Source: the human T2T-CHM13v2.0 reference genome, Homo sapiens
Assembly (NCBI GenBank): GCA_009914755.4
Contig: CP068257.2
Coordinates: 28,128,001-28,192,000, forward strand
DNA: 64,000 nt
Direction of reading: 5' to 3'
A program made the translations under genes and the position numbers. This document shows positions 42,871 to 58,790 of this stretch, in pieces. The number at the start of each line of letters is the position of its first letter. Position 1 is the stretch's first letter. Under the pieces are notes generated by a model. It made no database searches and was not told where the DNA came from. It worked only from the letters and a program-made list of their open reading frames with translations.

Positions 42871-45800
42871 AACCAGCCTCTATTTGTTTTTCCTTTTCCT
42901 TTCTCATGAGTTTCTAGATTTTGTGGGGATATGCAGCTTATGAACTTCATGGGAAGCTAAGCCCACTCTGAGTATGAATGGGCACAAACCACCCCTCCAC
43001 CCCCTGCAGCCACAGTTATTAGACCTAAGAGAGCCAAAAAGGGCAAATCTCAGCCTAGTTGTTAGAATGCTAGAGCAGGCTTTGCTCACTCATTCACAAA
43101 TCATGTGATATGTGGTTATAAAGCCTGGAACTGCTGCAGCCACTTTATCACTATGGGTAACAGGTTCAGCAGGAAGCTGATAGTGCAGAAGGCAGGGAAG
43201 AGTAACCGAAGCCACTAGGTCCTTTATGACATCATTGGGCCACTGATCAAACTGGCCCTGAAATCTGATTCACCATGAACTTCCAGTGTTATTAGCCAAT
43301 AAATCTCCTTTAGGGGTTAAGCTAATTTTCAAATCAAATGCAGTGTAATTTACCTGCCTTTTAAATTTTGAAGACTAAGAAGAAATTGTTTTCTTCTAGT
43401 GGATAAACAACTCCACTAGAGTGAGTGGGGTGAGAATTAGGTACTTTATAAAGCTAAATTAATTCCAGTCAATAAAGCAATCACCAACACACATATTTGC
43501 TTATTGTGTGTTGGTTAGTGTATATAGGAGAGTACTAATGCACAGGGTGCCAATTCTCCCCACCTGACACCTATAGCAGACATTGCTAGTCAGCCATTAT
43601 GGTGCTCCTACTGAGCCAGCTTTCCTTCTCATCAGTGTTTGAGGTAACCACAGTCAAGAGACCAGAGTTGGCAAGGGAAACCTGTGATCACTGATATAGG
43701 TAGTCACTGATTGTTGCTAAAATATATACCTGGAAATTTGGTGAAATCTCTGCATCATAAATCAGCATTTCTCCACAGGGACACTATTAATAACTAGGAG
43801 TTGTGTTGCCATATAAGAAACCAAACATGCTATAAATCACAGAGTAATAAAAAACATGACATGAAAACACAAGTCGACTATAAAATTTTATAATAATCTA
43901 GAGTAAATAATAAAATTGTGCTGTGACACCAATAAACAGTCTTACATTTACTGTATGCATTTATTTTATAAGGTATCCCACTATATTATGAATAGTATTT
44001 ATGCTTATAAAATTATAATTCTGTTGCATCAAAATTTTACACAAAATGAATCTATAATCTGCTATCATATTAATTGAACTTTTCATTGACATTGATATTT
44101 TAATTTAGATTGACTTTCTTGGTGTAATTGGGTGATCCATCCAGGTCATTCAAAAACCAGCGAATCAGTCAGCCAATAACAAACCAATTATCCAATTAAG
44201 TTACAAAGCTTTTTTTTTTCTCTCAATACAAAACCCTACAATAAGTTGACAGATTCAGAATCATTCCTCTGCGATTACGGAAATACTTAGATTAGCAGGT
44301 TTATGATAATCATTTTGGCATTATTTTCCCACTGAAAATGATTTTAAAACGTAATGTCATTTGACCCTCTCTTGCCTTATCAACTCTAAATGTAGGTAAT
44401 TCCATATTATTTAAATATCAATACTAAGGGAGTATCATCCATATTGATCAATCACTAGGTAGGGGCCTTTTAAGACATTTGTTTAGGCAACCATCCCATA
44501 GCCCTCTATTAAGTTATTGTAGAGTCTAGCATTAATTAATTCATATACTGAGTACTTACCTTGCGCTGGGCACTGAAGATATGTAACAATAAACAAACCA
44601 CACAGGATCTTTGTTTATATAGGGCTTATTATAATAATTCTTCAGTGAAATAAAAGTTAAGAACAATGACGACATTCATAATTATGTCTATCCATAGTTT
44701 TGTCTATTCTTAGTTATGTCTATCCATAAAGGTTTTTAGAAGTTTTACAAAAAATATCTGCTATTATTGTTGGACATGACCAATGAAAGCAAATGTGTTT
44801 TAATATACTGAACTTTATATAGGTAGCCCTTGTCTTTTCTCATTAAGCCCCATCTTCAATCCCTTTTCCATACGACTTGATTCAGATACAGGTCTCAATC
44901 CTCCCAGCCTTCCGGCTCTTGAGGGCATTTCAGCAGGGTTTGAACACAGCAGAACAGTGTGTTCACAATCAGCATGATGTCTTAAGTCTGTCTCAACAAT
45001 TCTTCAAGGGATGAGTTAAAGCTTCTTTTAAAAGCTATTGTTCATGACCTGGTAATTAACTGTATTTATGGAGAGCCAATGATGTATGAAGGATCCTGAT
45101 GGCATGCCAACAAACTGCCCCTTCCCTGTGGCGGCTGTGGGGTGTGAGAAAGAGACATGTAACTGCAGGTACACATTCTTGGTGGCAGTACAACTTTGGT
45201 CTGATTCTTGTGTCCTTCTAAGCAACTGTAACTTGGGTTGTGATGGAACCAGGAAGGCAAGTGAGGACGGTCATTCTGGAGGAGGCTTACATGCTACATT
45301 CTTCCTCTTACAGATGTTTCCATAGGGTCAGGTTGCTTGTATCTCTGTCTTGCTCATGTAATCCTTCCTTCATATAGCCAGTCAAGTGGCCTGCATAGTT
45401 GATCTCAGAAAGGTTCTTATTCTAAGATAGAGGATCTGCTCTATGGTGACATTCTTTAAAGAATAATTTTTAAAATCTATAATTATAAAAAAACATAGCA
45501 ACAAAGCAGAAAATTCAAGAACAAATTTGTTGATACATATTTATATACAACAAAGCAATTAGTTGTTTATTACCTCAGCTCTTCAGATGCTTCATAGAAC
45601 CAGACCCAGCCACTATTTTTCTCTCATGAGTTTGTAATTTTTATTAATTTTCCAAGATGAGTTCAGAGCATCAGTACAAGCAGCGGGTGTCAAGGTTGAG
45701 TTGTGGATTCCTGATAGCCTTGTCTGTGGAAGTCAGCTTTCCTCCATCTGGAGGCTCAGTTTCCATGGTGATATGCACTGGTATACCTGAGGTCTTCTCA

Positions 45801-47070
45801 TTGAGGGGCTTGGTGAAGTGCAGGGTAACTTTACAAAGAGGACATGTTAAATTCCTTGAATGAGGAAAATAACAGATCACTGAACACTCAGGATTGGCCT
45901 ATTCTCCACTGGATTTGAAGATTTCCTACTGAGAATGATGGATGAAAAAGGGAAGGCAGAAGAGCCCAGATTACCATTTTCATAGAAATTTCCAGAATAA
46001 GGGAGGGAAGTTTTGTTTTCAAGTCGGGTCTGAAGTGACTGACAAGAATTGGTGAGGCCCTGAGGAAAGCCACAGATGGATTAATTGCACTCTCCAACCC
46101 TTGCAGTTTTGGCTCTCAGGCACAAGAGCAGGACTCATTGGTGAGTTCCAGTGATCTGCTCCAACACCGAATAGCTGGAAATAAATCAACAGTTGGCAAG
46201 AGCTGTAGTGAGTGGGCTTGCCTCTGGCTCACAAGCCTAATACAATACACAGTTTCTGAATACATACCAACTGGCATCATCAAGACTGTAACTTGTCACC
46301 ATGAACCAGGCTTTGTGGGAGATTATTCCATTGCCAATCTGATATGCTATATATATTAGAGTAATTACCAGGACATTCAAAGAAAGGACCTGTTAACAGA
46401 AGATGGGTTGTTTTTATATTACAGATGAATAAGAATTACATAAAGCAAGGCCAATTTCTTTTTGAAGTTCTAGCAGCATTCAATGCCAGTGTTCCTCCTT
46501 CATGCTTTGGCTCTTTCCAGAAGCACTAAAGGGAATTGTGTGCTTGTAATACATACCACTTATGCATAATTCCTTTTGAAAATCTGTCTTTCTGATTCTC
46601 AGCTTTCAGAGAGTTGGCCAGCCCTTCCAATGCCCCCTGCAGTTCAAAATGTAGTTTATAATTTTCCTTAGCCCCCCATGTTTGTGAGGGAACAAAAATA
46701 TGGCAAAGAAATATACTTGAAACACACAAAGAAAATCAAGGCTTTTCCAGGCTCAAGGAGGCTGATACACTTTTTGAATCTCAGATGATTGGCTAAGGAT
46801 TGCATTCTCAGTTGTGTTTCTATTTAATAATTGGCTTTTCTCTCCATCCTTGACAATTTTTTCCCTCAAGTCAAACTTTTCTTAATTATCCTAGTTTATC
46901 AAATATGTGTTGTTTTTCCTTTAAGTATTTCCCTTTCAATGCACTTTACAGAAGCATCATGAAAAGTGGGAAGAAGCAATTATAATGAAAAGCATTGTAA
47001 TTTTATCTAATATTTAAAAGCAATGATGCTGCTCCAGGTTAAGACTGTAATCAGACATAATTACTTAAGA

Positions 47071-48452
<1,382 letters not shown>

Positions 48453-49559
48453 TCACCTTACCCTTTTAAATTTATATTTTCTTTTTTTCACTTATTAAAT
48501 CCAAGAAAGAGAAACCCAGGGAGCTGGTAATCTCAGGAATTTAACACAGCATTGGTGTAATAGGAGAGCCTAGAGAGAAAGCAATGAAGACAGAGAAGTA
48601 GCAATAGCTGATTCAAAATTCTGCCGTGATGCCTGGTTTCAGCCCCACCACCTTGAAATGTTCATCAAGCATCTATTTTCATGCTTGTGCATAACAACAG
48701 CTCACAGCACCAGAGCTACAGGTTCAGATAACAACAAAGGTGATGTGGCAGCTGGATTACTCTGAGAATGAGAACATAACACACCCCCAAAGTAATAAAA
48801 TTTCTTATTAAAAGGGAAGATATCTTTAAACAACCCTTCATGTTCCCCCTGAGACTGACAGGCAATTTCAACTGTTTATTTTTATTTAGCTCTGATGAAT
48901 GCCTCTATTTCATTCAGCTTCATAATAATCTGGTGGTGCTCGCTGCTGCTGGCTCCGAGTGAAAGTGTAAGTGGAGGGCGTCATTAGAGGCATTCCATCG
49001 CATTCTTGGTGAAATTAGATTCTTTGGAAACTAAATCAAGCCTTAGTTTCATGGAGGGGAAGCTGGACAAGAGGAGAGTAATGTGCAATTGGTTGAATTA
49101 TCCCTTGCTTTCAAGGCATTAGACAAGGTCAGAAAACCAAAGTTTAAATTATATTTTCACTCATGTGTGCACTCTGTCCGTAATAACTCGTTAATGAGCA
49201 TATTGATATTTATGCCATGTCTGTTTCCTTTTAGGGATCACATTTTCATTATATTGTGGGCATACAAATACAGTGCTATTTAGTGAATTGCTTTATTCTC
49301 TCTAACTATAAGTAGATTTTAAGTACAGCCTAGCAAATAGTAAATGGGCCCAAAGAAAAAAACTATTTTTGTCTACTCTGTCCTCCCTTCTGATTCAAGT
49401 ATGTTTAGTGGAGTTTCCTAAAGCAGTGGTTCTCTACCTCTCTCCTTCTTTAGGACACACATGCAGGAGTCCAGTCCATTTGTGTGATGCCCTGCTGTCA
49501 TGCCAGTGCTGAACTGTTCATAATGGAACACAGGAATCTTGCTCATCCTCACTCAAAAT

Positions 49560-49880
49560 CCTCCCGTGACTTCCTATCCTCAGTGAGAATAAAATCAAAA
49601 GCTTTAACCTGCCTGCTTATCTTCCACCTTCATTATAGTCTAGATGCCTTCTCCTGCCTTCTGCTGAAGCCATGCTGGCCTTCTTGCTTCTCCGGGGTGT
49701 CAAGCGTGTTCCAGCCTCTCGGCTTTTCTATTTGCATTCCTCCTTACCTGGAAACCTCTTTTCCTCTATTTTCAGATGACTTGTTTTCTTACTATATCAG
49801 GTCTCTGCTGAAATGTCATCTCCCTGGAGAACTCTCCAAAACGATCCCTTTTAAAATGGTTCATCAACCCCAAGTCATTC
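49560..49880 (+). mobile_element. Probable ancient L2/MIR-related fragment underlying the 165-aa ORF at 49484-49981.
   Basis: Strings such as tctgctgaaatgtcatctccctggagaactctccaaaac and tcctcactcaaaatcctcc resemble the L2 3'-UTR motif (aatgtcacctcctcagagaggccttccctgacc). Similarity is weak. Confidence 0.3.
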
Positions 49881-51767
49881 TTTACCTCTCACCTGATTTA
49901 TTTCTACAGGTCAGTTACCTTCATGTGAAATTGACACCTATGTGTGTGTCTGTGTGTGAATATATATGTACGTGTGTATAATTTCAATTAATCTTTTTCA
50001 AATTTTCCCAATATAAAATAAACTTTATAGGGATTTGCCTGTCTTACTCTCTACTGTAACCTCAATCTCTGGAGTAGCACCAGGCACATAATAGAGTTCT
50101 TCATGCATTTGGGAAATCATGAATGAATAAGAAAGACAGGCATGGTGCTGTGGTGGGGATGTTCTAATTATGCTGATTAGATTACCAGCCAAATACCTCT
50201 AACTCTGCCCTTCACTCTCTTATTCAAGAAAGCATATATGAACATAAATGAATGGCAGTAATAGCAGAAGAATATCCTTGAATCCTTTGCCATTTGTTCT
50301 TTTTTTAAAAACCTTGACCTCAAACTGTATTTTTTGAATTTCACTGGTAATGAGTTACTTCCAATAGTGATAGCTACATGTTCTAACATCTGTCTCAAAG
50401 ACCCCATGTTGAGAATGCAAGTGTGCCCAGATCAGGGTTCCAAACTTGTGTTCTATTCCTTTGTGAACACTTTAATTACCTTTGGATTCTTAGGAGATAT
50501 AACAACTAGCATCAAGCATCCAGCACTAGCTCATTGTGAAGCCACTAGGAAATACACAGATGAGTGAATATGCTACTCTGATTCCAAAACAAGCCGGCCA
50601 GGCTGGGTCAGCTCAGAAAAGATGTCAGTCAGTCCCCTTGTGTCTCATTAAAAGGTCTGCCTAGATCAGTGTGCTAAATTTTCCAAACGCAAGAAACCTG
50701 GGGCAATATTTCGGTTGATGCATTTGACATCTCCTTTAAGCATTTCATTCTTTGCAACCGAGTATACAAACATAATGAATAGGGTTTTTTAATGCTAAGA
50801 GAAAAAATTGTACGTAGGAAGATAAGATATTCTGGGTACAGGAGACGTTGCAGCCTTTTCTGTGCATTAGCATTGGTTCAGTGAGTACAGTACTGTGGAC
50901 ATCTGCAACAACCTTGGGTATAGGATTCTCTAGGCAGCTCTCTCAGAGCATGCAATACTCCTCTTTTCACATGCCTGGCACACGCATGTAAATGTTTGCA
51001 ATATTCAAGGAGGTGCTGCCAAGATTTGGTGACAACAGGCATTGTGGAATTGCTGATCTCACAAACCTGAAGCATTGTAAATATTGACTTAACAATAATT
51101 TGGACTGAGGTGTTACTAAACCCTGAAAGCAAAGCCCCCAAGAATTAAGGCTTGCCATAAGAGGGAGCATTTGGCACTTTACCCAAACTAAGTGTTGGTT
51201 CAGTCATATTTTTGTACTATCAAAACCTAAGTTAAATTACCACCTAATTAGATGAGTCCTCTTAGGAGCACAAGAGAAAGCAGAGATTGAGAAATCTCTG
51301 GGAAAATCCAATCATTATCACAGAGAGTGACAATGCACTTGTGTGTTTTCTTAAGAAACCAGGTTTCACACACATTTTTTGTATCAATATAGAACATTAA
51401 ATTTCTAAATTTGGTATTGCTGAGTATTACAGACATTAAGATAAACATGAGTGTGTAGCATTAAAAAATATAAAATGTGTCTGAAGCCACTGTGTCTAAA
51501 GAATGGGACATTCAATATAGTTTACATATTAATATATCTTACACCAAGGTAGCAATTCCTTCCTGGAGCACAAATGCATATGATTTGTATGCCAGGTTTT
51601 TCCTCTGAGTGTTTGATTTGATCTCCTTACATAATACTGTAATGCAAACCAGATTCATAATCATCTCAGTTCCAGCTGAAGAAACTGAGATCCACAGAAG
51701 TGAAGTGTCTTGTCCATCCACTACGTACTAAACACTGAGGCCACGGGTTAGACCCCAAGAAACATTC

Positions 51768-52171
<404 letters not shown>

Positions 52172-52789
52172 TAGGCAGATGCATTCCACATTTCTTCCTG
52201 TTTACTCAATACATTTCTTATGTAACTTAGATGTTCCTCTTCGTCTGATTTGCGATGCTGGGTGCTTGGTGAGCATGCATATGGAGAAGAGATATCCTAC
52301 TGTTCCCACGAGCCAGGAGTGCACAGAGGCAGCTGCACCATTTACAGCCTAATTGGCAGCATCGTAGATCACAGGATGCCCAAAGTTCACTAGGAGGAGA
52401 TAAAGTTGTCAGAGAGGACCCCTGAAGAGATACATCAAATGCTTCTTCCTTCTGCCTCTCTCGATAACGATTCCGACTATGTATTACAGGTTTGGGGTTG
52501 TTATGGTGACAGGATGGGAATAACTTGGGAGGCAAAGAGAGAAAATAAGTTGCACAGAAATTCATCTTTAAATCCTTTGGATGTGAGACAGGTTTGAAAT
52601 AGTGGTAAACCTGGAGGATGTACAGGTATGCATTAGGGTGTAGAGTGAGTGTGGGCATTTTGAGGTTAAGTTTTCAAATTTTTTTATAAAGGCAAGGATG
52701 TGTAGAGCCTAAGAGTGTAAATTCTGAAATTCTGACACCAGAAAGTCTTGTTTCAAAGCTAGCTTCCATCACTTACCCGCCTGTGCAAT

Positions 52790-53300
52790 CTTGACCTGGT
52801 CACTTTACCTCTCTGGACCTGTAAAATGGTGATAATCATCACATCCATTTTATAAGCTTGTTTTGAGTATTAAATGAGTTAATGCATGGAAATAATGCCT
52901 TGTTCCCAATAAGTGGCCAATGCATTTTGGCTGTCCACTCTTCTGGCTTATCTACTCTTAACTTAAGTACTATGTAATAATAAAGTCAATGCACTTTTTT
53001 GCTTCTCCACTTTTACATACTATTGTAAAAAGAGTACATAAGATTATTTTGTATTTCCACTGGAGGTAGTGCAGTGTCTGAGACTCATGGAAGCTCTGGA
53101 GTCTTATCCAGTCCTTTCCTAACTGCATGACTTTAGGGAAGTCACCTAACTTCTCCAAGTTTCAACTTTCTCATGTGTGTATTAGAGATATTTGTAGTGG
53201 ATATCTCATAAAGTATTGCTCAAATAAGGGGTAAGCCCCCTGTAAAGTGCTTAGCACAGTGTCTGTCACCTTGTAAGTACTCAGTTGATGACGGCTGTTT
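52790..53300 (+). mobile_element. Two MIR-like fragments in forward orientation: the core region at ~52790-52920 and the 3' tail at ~53170-53300.
   Basis: cactttacctctctggacctgtaaaatggtgataatcatcac...gagtattaaatgagttaatgcatgg resembles the MIR core. tgtaaagtgcttagcacagtgtctgtcaccttgtaagtactcag resembles the MIR/L2 3' tail. Confidence 0.4.
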
Positions 53301-53599
53301 TGATTATTCAAGGAAACTATGACTAGGGAGGTGGCAGGATACTGGGAGTGGGGTGAATTAGTCTAATAACATTATTCGCTATTCTGCCTGCAGCATCATT
53401 TTTCTTCTAGAATAAGATTTCCCACTGACTAAAGAAAGATAATATATAAATTTTTCCTTTCTCCACTCTAAAATACTATTATTAAAAGAGCTCATATAAA
53501 AAGAATGCATTTATAAAAAGAATGTCTTTATCACTCTATCATAAGTAATTCTGAATTATGATGATGATTATAGCTATGAGCACAATTAAAAATACTCAA

Positions 53600-54940
53600 C
53601 AACTATCACCGGTCAATAGAGAGTGAAAATTACACCATATGCAAAAATAAATTCAGACTAGATTAATGACTTAAATATAAGACATGAAACTATAAAACTA
53701 CTAGAAGAAAACATAGAGGAAACAATCCAGGACACTGGTCTAGGCAAAAATATTATGGCTAAGATTGCAAAAGCAATGACAACAAAAACAAAAGTAGACA
53801 AATGAGACCATATTAAACAAAAAAACTGCACAGTAAAGGAAATAATCAACAGAGTGAAGAGACAATCTATTGATGGGAAAAAATACCTGCCAACTATTCA
53901 TCTGACAAAGGACTGTATCCAGAATACACAAGGAAGATGACTCAACACCAAAAAAGCCCAAAATAATCCCATTAAAATGTGGGCAAAGGATACGAATAGA
54001 TATTTCTCAAAAGAAGACAGACAAACGGCCAACAGGTATATGAAAAATATAATCAACATAATTAATTATTAGGAAAATACTAATCAAAACCACAATGAGA
54101 TATCATCTTACTGCAATTAGAATGGCTATCATCAAAAAGACAAAAAATAGCAAATACTGATGAGGATGAGGAGAAAGGGGAATTTTTATACACTGTTGGT
54201 GGGAATGCAAATTAGCATAACCATTATAGAAAACAGTATAGCGATTTCTCAACAAATTAAAAATAAAAATACCACACAATCCATCAATCTCACTACCAGG
54301 TATTTATCCAAAGGAAAGGAAATCAGCATGTCACCTGCACTTCCTAGTTTATTGCAGCACTATTCACAATAACCAAGATATGGAATCAACCCTCAGTGTC
54401 CAACAACAGATTAATGGGTAAATAAAATGTGGTATATATACACAGTGTAATACTATTCAGCCATAAATAAAGAATGAAATCCTGTCATTTGCAGCAACAT
54501 GGATAGAACTGGAGGTCATTATGTTAAGTAAAATAAGCCAAGCACAGAAAGTCAAACATTGCATGTTCTCACTTATATGTGGGAGCTAAGAAAGTCAATC
54601 CCATAGACAAAGAGAGTAGAATGAGAGTTACCAGAGACTGGGAAGGGAAGTGTGGAATGAAGAGAGGTTGATTAATGGGTACAAACATACAGTTGAATAG
54701 AAAGAGTAAGTTCTAGTGTTTGATAGCAGAGTAGGGTGACTATAGTTAACAACAATGTACTGTATATTTCAAAATAGTTAGAAAATATGAAATGTTACCA
54801 ACACAAAGAAACAATAAAGTTTGATGTGATAGATATTCTAAATATGCTGATTTGATCATTACGTATTGCATGCATGCATCAAAATATCAGATGTACCCCA
54901 CCAAATATTCACACTTATTACGTATCAATAAAAAAATGAT
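53600..54940 (+). mobile_element. L1 (LINE-1) 3'-end fragment of about 1.3 kb, in forward orientation. It covers the C-terminal part of ORF2 and the 3' UTR and ends in a short A-rich tail. It looks like an older primate L1 (L1PA/L1PB-like) with many frameshifts.
   Basis: Clear alignment by eye to the L1 ORF2 3' region: gacttaaatataagacatgaaactataaaactactagaagaaaac, caaaagaagacagacaaacggccaacaggtatatgaaaaa, aaccacaatgagatatcatcttactgcaattagaatggctatcatcaaaaagacaaaaaatagcaaatactgatgagg, ctgttggtgggaatgcaaattag, gcagcactattcacaataaccaagatatggaatcaaccctcagtgtccaacaacag, gagagttaccagagactgggaagggaag, caataaaaaaatgat. The ORF-track peptides at 53658-53961 (-) and 54160-54372 (+) lie within it. Confidence 0.85.
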
Positions 54941-57900
54941 AATCTGGACACAGCTTGTGCCAGAGTAAAGAAATGCTCAAAGAAGAATGGGGACACATTG
55001 GAAGGGCACAGGAGCCAACTTAAAGCAACTCTATCTGGTCAGATTTGGTACAATTTGTGCATCAAAAGAGTAATAACTGTATTATAAGATGTTGCATGAA
55101 TAAAAGTTCATGAGTACATAAAACTACTCATAAAAGAAAAAATAATTATAGAGTGAAAAATTATAGATATTGAAATTGATTAAAGTACAGCGTCTTTTAA
55201 ATCCCCATTACCATCAAAAGCGAAAACAAATTAAAATTTTGTGATTTCATGATCATTACTTAATAATAGTAAATTGTTAGTATGTATAATGCATTATTGT
55301 TCCTAACCATTCACTGCCTTGCAAGAGGTAGAACATACTTTACTGTTTCAATAGTGCTGGGCTTGGCCATGTGACTTTTTGATCAATGGCAGGTAGTGAC
55401 AATACACTGCTTCTAAGAAGACACCTGAGTCATCTTGGTATTGCCCCTTTCTCGAGCTGCTGTCTTCCTCTATGCCAGCAGCGCACCCTAGAGAATGGTT
55501 ACACATTCATAGGGGTCATGTGGAAACCAACTGGACCAAGCCAAACCTGGCAAAATCACAGCAGACCTGCAGCCACCATGAAATGGGATCAATAAATTAA
55601 TGTTTGCTTTTGCAAATCGCTGGTATTTAAGGGTTGTTTGTTGCTGCAGCAAAAGTTGAATAATAAATACAGAGTCATTTATACAGAACCTGTTATGTGC
55701 CCAATATGAGAAAATACGCTTAATGCATACCCAACCCAATATTTAGTTGGCTACGCATTAAACATACTCCCTCATTTTGTCCTCTCCCTATTCCTATGGG
55801 TTAGGCACGATTATTCCTATTTGGCAGATGAGTGACAGAGTAAAAATTGTTGAATAATTTGCTACATAACTTATTAGGGATCAGTTAGGTATTCAACTCA
55901 GGACCATTTAACTCCAAAGTCTGGAGTCTTAGACAACATGGTGTACTGCATTCTAAGGATGGAAATTTAGGGAAAACCCTATGTTGACTTTAAAGTGAAA
56001 TATGGGTGAATCCCAGCCATTCCATATATTTCAACCATGTAAAACAACGCACATTATATTGTCTGGCCAAATCCAAAGTAAATAATAAATGTTGACAGAC
56101 AAAAAAAATTTCTGGGAGCAAACCTTTTGAGAAACAGAATTTACTTAGGTGACTCAGACATATCAAAAATCACACTGAATCAATCCCAAATGATGTACAT
56201 TCTCACGAAGGAAAGGAGCCAGATTTTTAGTCTAACTCTTCTAGATTCTTAGCCCTGTCTCCATGGCCCTTTCTACATAAATCCTGGCCTTAAGAAAGGC
56301 TTCTGGGCCTCCTTGACTTTCTCTTCCTATCCCAGCTTTGACGATTTCTCTCCATTTGAGAAATGAATAATTCAGAATTAGAAACCCTACTTGAGTCCCA
56401 CCACTCCCCAGCCTCCCAGCTTGCTCATATCCTCATTATGGGAAAAGCTATTCCAAAAGGCAAACAGCTTTTCATAATTGTTATTTAATGGATATTGCCT
56501 GCTCCTGGGATTTCTTTCTCAGTATCTATTTGTAATTCAAAGGTCAGCGTAATACCACTGGCACACACAAGGATTCTGACAGATTTGTTCCTCCTGATTG
56601 AAATTCAGATACAGAACCCACAGTGACACAGTAGGTTTGTTTAGGAGTCTCTTCTGTGGTGTAGGTCACAGTTAGGATGAATCTGACCTCATCTTAATTC
56701 TGTGTCTTCACTAGTCACTAAGAAAACTGACCTATGAATGTGGAATATGGCCAGGAGCATTTGTTCACTAGCCTGGCATAGCAGGGATGTCAGCAAGTAG
56801 AAAAGCTAGGTCTACTATGGTTATTATCCCTCTCCTTAACTGGCCCTAATATCACCTAAATGGGTTCCTCCTAAAGGTAATTTAAGCAGAAAAAGGTGGC
56901 CCCAGAGAGTAATTTAGGCCTCATGTATGTACATATTTGCAGGATTTATATGGCAAGCTATGCTTACATTATTAATGGCAGTCTTATTTCAAGATACTAT
57001 ATATTGAAATACTATTCGACAAGAAAGCTATTTTCCAAGTAGGCATGGATGATGATTATTTATTAGTTTAAAATACATCCCTTCTTCCCATCTCACCAAA
57101 CACCACTTCCATTTCAAATAAGCTTGAAGCTCTCACACACTGCAGTTTATGCATAAAGGCTGGCTGCTTAGAAGCACTCATGGCTTGTGATACAAGGGAG
57201 TAAAATCCTACCATAAATTTCACAGTATTTATGATAGACACTTGTTTACTTCAAAAACAGAGCCAAATTAAAAATCAGAAAGGACAAATTCTAGGGCTAC
57301 CAGCATGGTTTCTATGTTGTGTGCTTGTGTGTCTGTGTGTGTGTGTGTGAGAGAGAAAGAGACTTTAGATTTTCTTCTTTCTATTTTTATTTGATAGCGT
57401 GATATTTCAAGTTCACTGTTGAGGTTATTTCCAATCAAATTGCATTCAACCCTGGAACAATGTATAGGTTGTCAGCATGGATGCCAGTGGAGGGTATAAA
57501 ACTAACTTCTATAAGGTCATCATAATTCCTCCTCCCCCAGAGAAAATCTAACAGCAATTGTGAGGACAGAGGTTCGAAAGGAGCAGTCAAGACTATTTGA
57601 AATAAAAGCTACGAGAAGAATTCAGATTTTAGAATAGAGCAAGCAAGGTCAAGGGATCAAGTTTCCGTATGAGACCCTGACCCAGATGACAGGGACCGCC
57701 TGCAACATTCTCCCACCCCCACTGCACTTTCACCCCATCAAGCCCTCAAACTGGATTGCTGATCTTTGTTCAAATAGTAGCTTACACACTGAGACTAAGA
57801 TGAGTCTGAAGCAGAGGCTAGGCGTTCTGTTTTTTAACATTAAATATATAAAGACTTTGAAAGATGTGACCAAAGAAAGCTGTCTTTTCCTGGAGCTTTT

Positions 57901-58569
57901 GAAAAAAAAAAATTAACAGCAACTGCAACTGCCATACAGAGTGCTTGCCATGTGACAGATAGAAGATCATTAACTATGTAGTAATCAATCATTTGCACAC
58001 ATATGTGGGTCCCCATGGGACACAACATTTATTATCCAGTTAATCCTTGAAAAAGTGTCTACTCTCACTGTTTCCATTTTTTTCTTCCTGCTCTCACTTC
58101 CAAACCAATTAGATTTTCACCCTCATCATTTCTCTGTTACTGTTTTTATCAAGATCACCATGGGCACCTGTGGTAGTAAATCCAGTGGTCATTTCTCAGT
58201 ATTTATCTTTCTTGACCTATCAGCAGCATTTGATGTACTATTCTTTTCAATGATAATGAAGAATGAATGGAAACCTGAGAAGTTTCCTGGGAAATTATAT
58301 TTAGAATTCTCTTTCTGATGAAAATTGTAAAGATACGCTGGCAAAAATAGGTAGCAGAATGGGGAGGAAAAAAGAGTACATGACCAGAAATCATGGGCGT
58401 GAGATGTGTGGCTAATTAGGGCTGCAGGAAAATCACTGCAAGAGAGTGATGAGCATTGCTGTTACACTACTTTATCCTATTTGCTTGTAGGAAAATTTTA
58501 GACTCTATGGGACTATAGTTCTCCCTCTAGTGCTAATTAAATTAAAGCCATCCTCATTTTTGAAAAGGG

Positions 58570-58790
58570 GAGAATAATAATAGGTATGATTATTAAAATT
58601 TATTATGCACTAGGCACTGATTTAAGTGACATACATACGTTAATTGATTTATTACTAGGCAATCAGGATTTGTATCCTAATTTTACAGACAGCAAACTGA
58701 GGCACAGGGAGGTCAAAAACCTTACCCAAGTTTACCCAACTAGTAAGCAATGTGCCAGGATTTGGATACTGGGAGAATAATAACCATAAT
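58570..58790 (-). mobile_element. MIR fragment in antisense orientation.
   Basis: cctaattttacagacagcaaactgaggcacagggaggtcaaaaaccttacccaagtttacccaactagtaagcaatgtgccaggatttggatac resembles the antisense MIR core (ccccattttacagatgaggaaactgaggcacagagaggttaagtaacttgcccaaggtcacacagctagtaagtggcagagccaggattcgaac). Confidence 0.5.

Noticed and set aside
49484-49981. 165-aa ORF on the + strand, the second-longest in the track.
   Set aside because: It lies in degenerate L2/MIR-like sequence. It has a Cys/Ser/Leu-rich low-complexity composition and no Kozak context. It does not have the look of a folded-domain protein, and it shows no splice-site architecture. It looks like a chance ORF in AT-poor repeat remnants.
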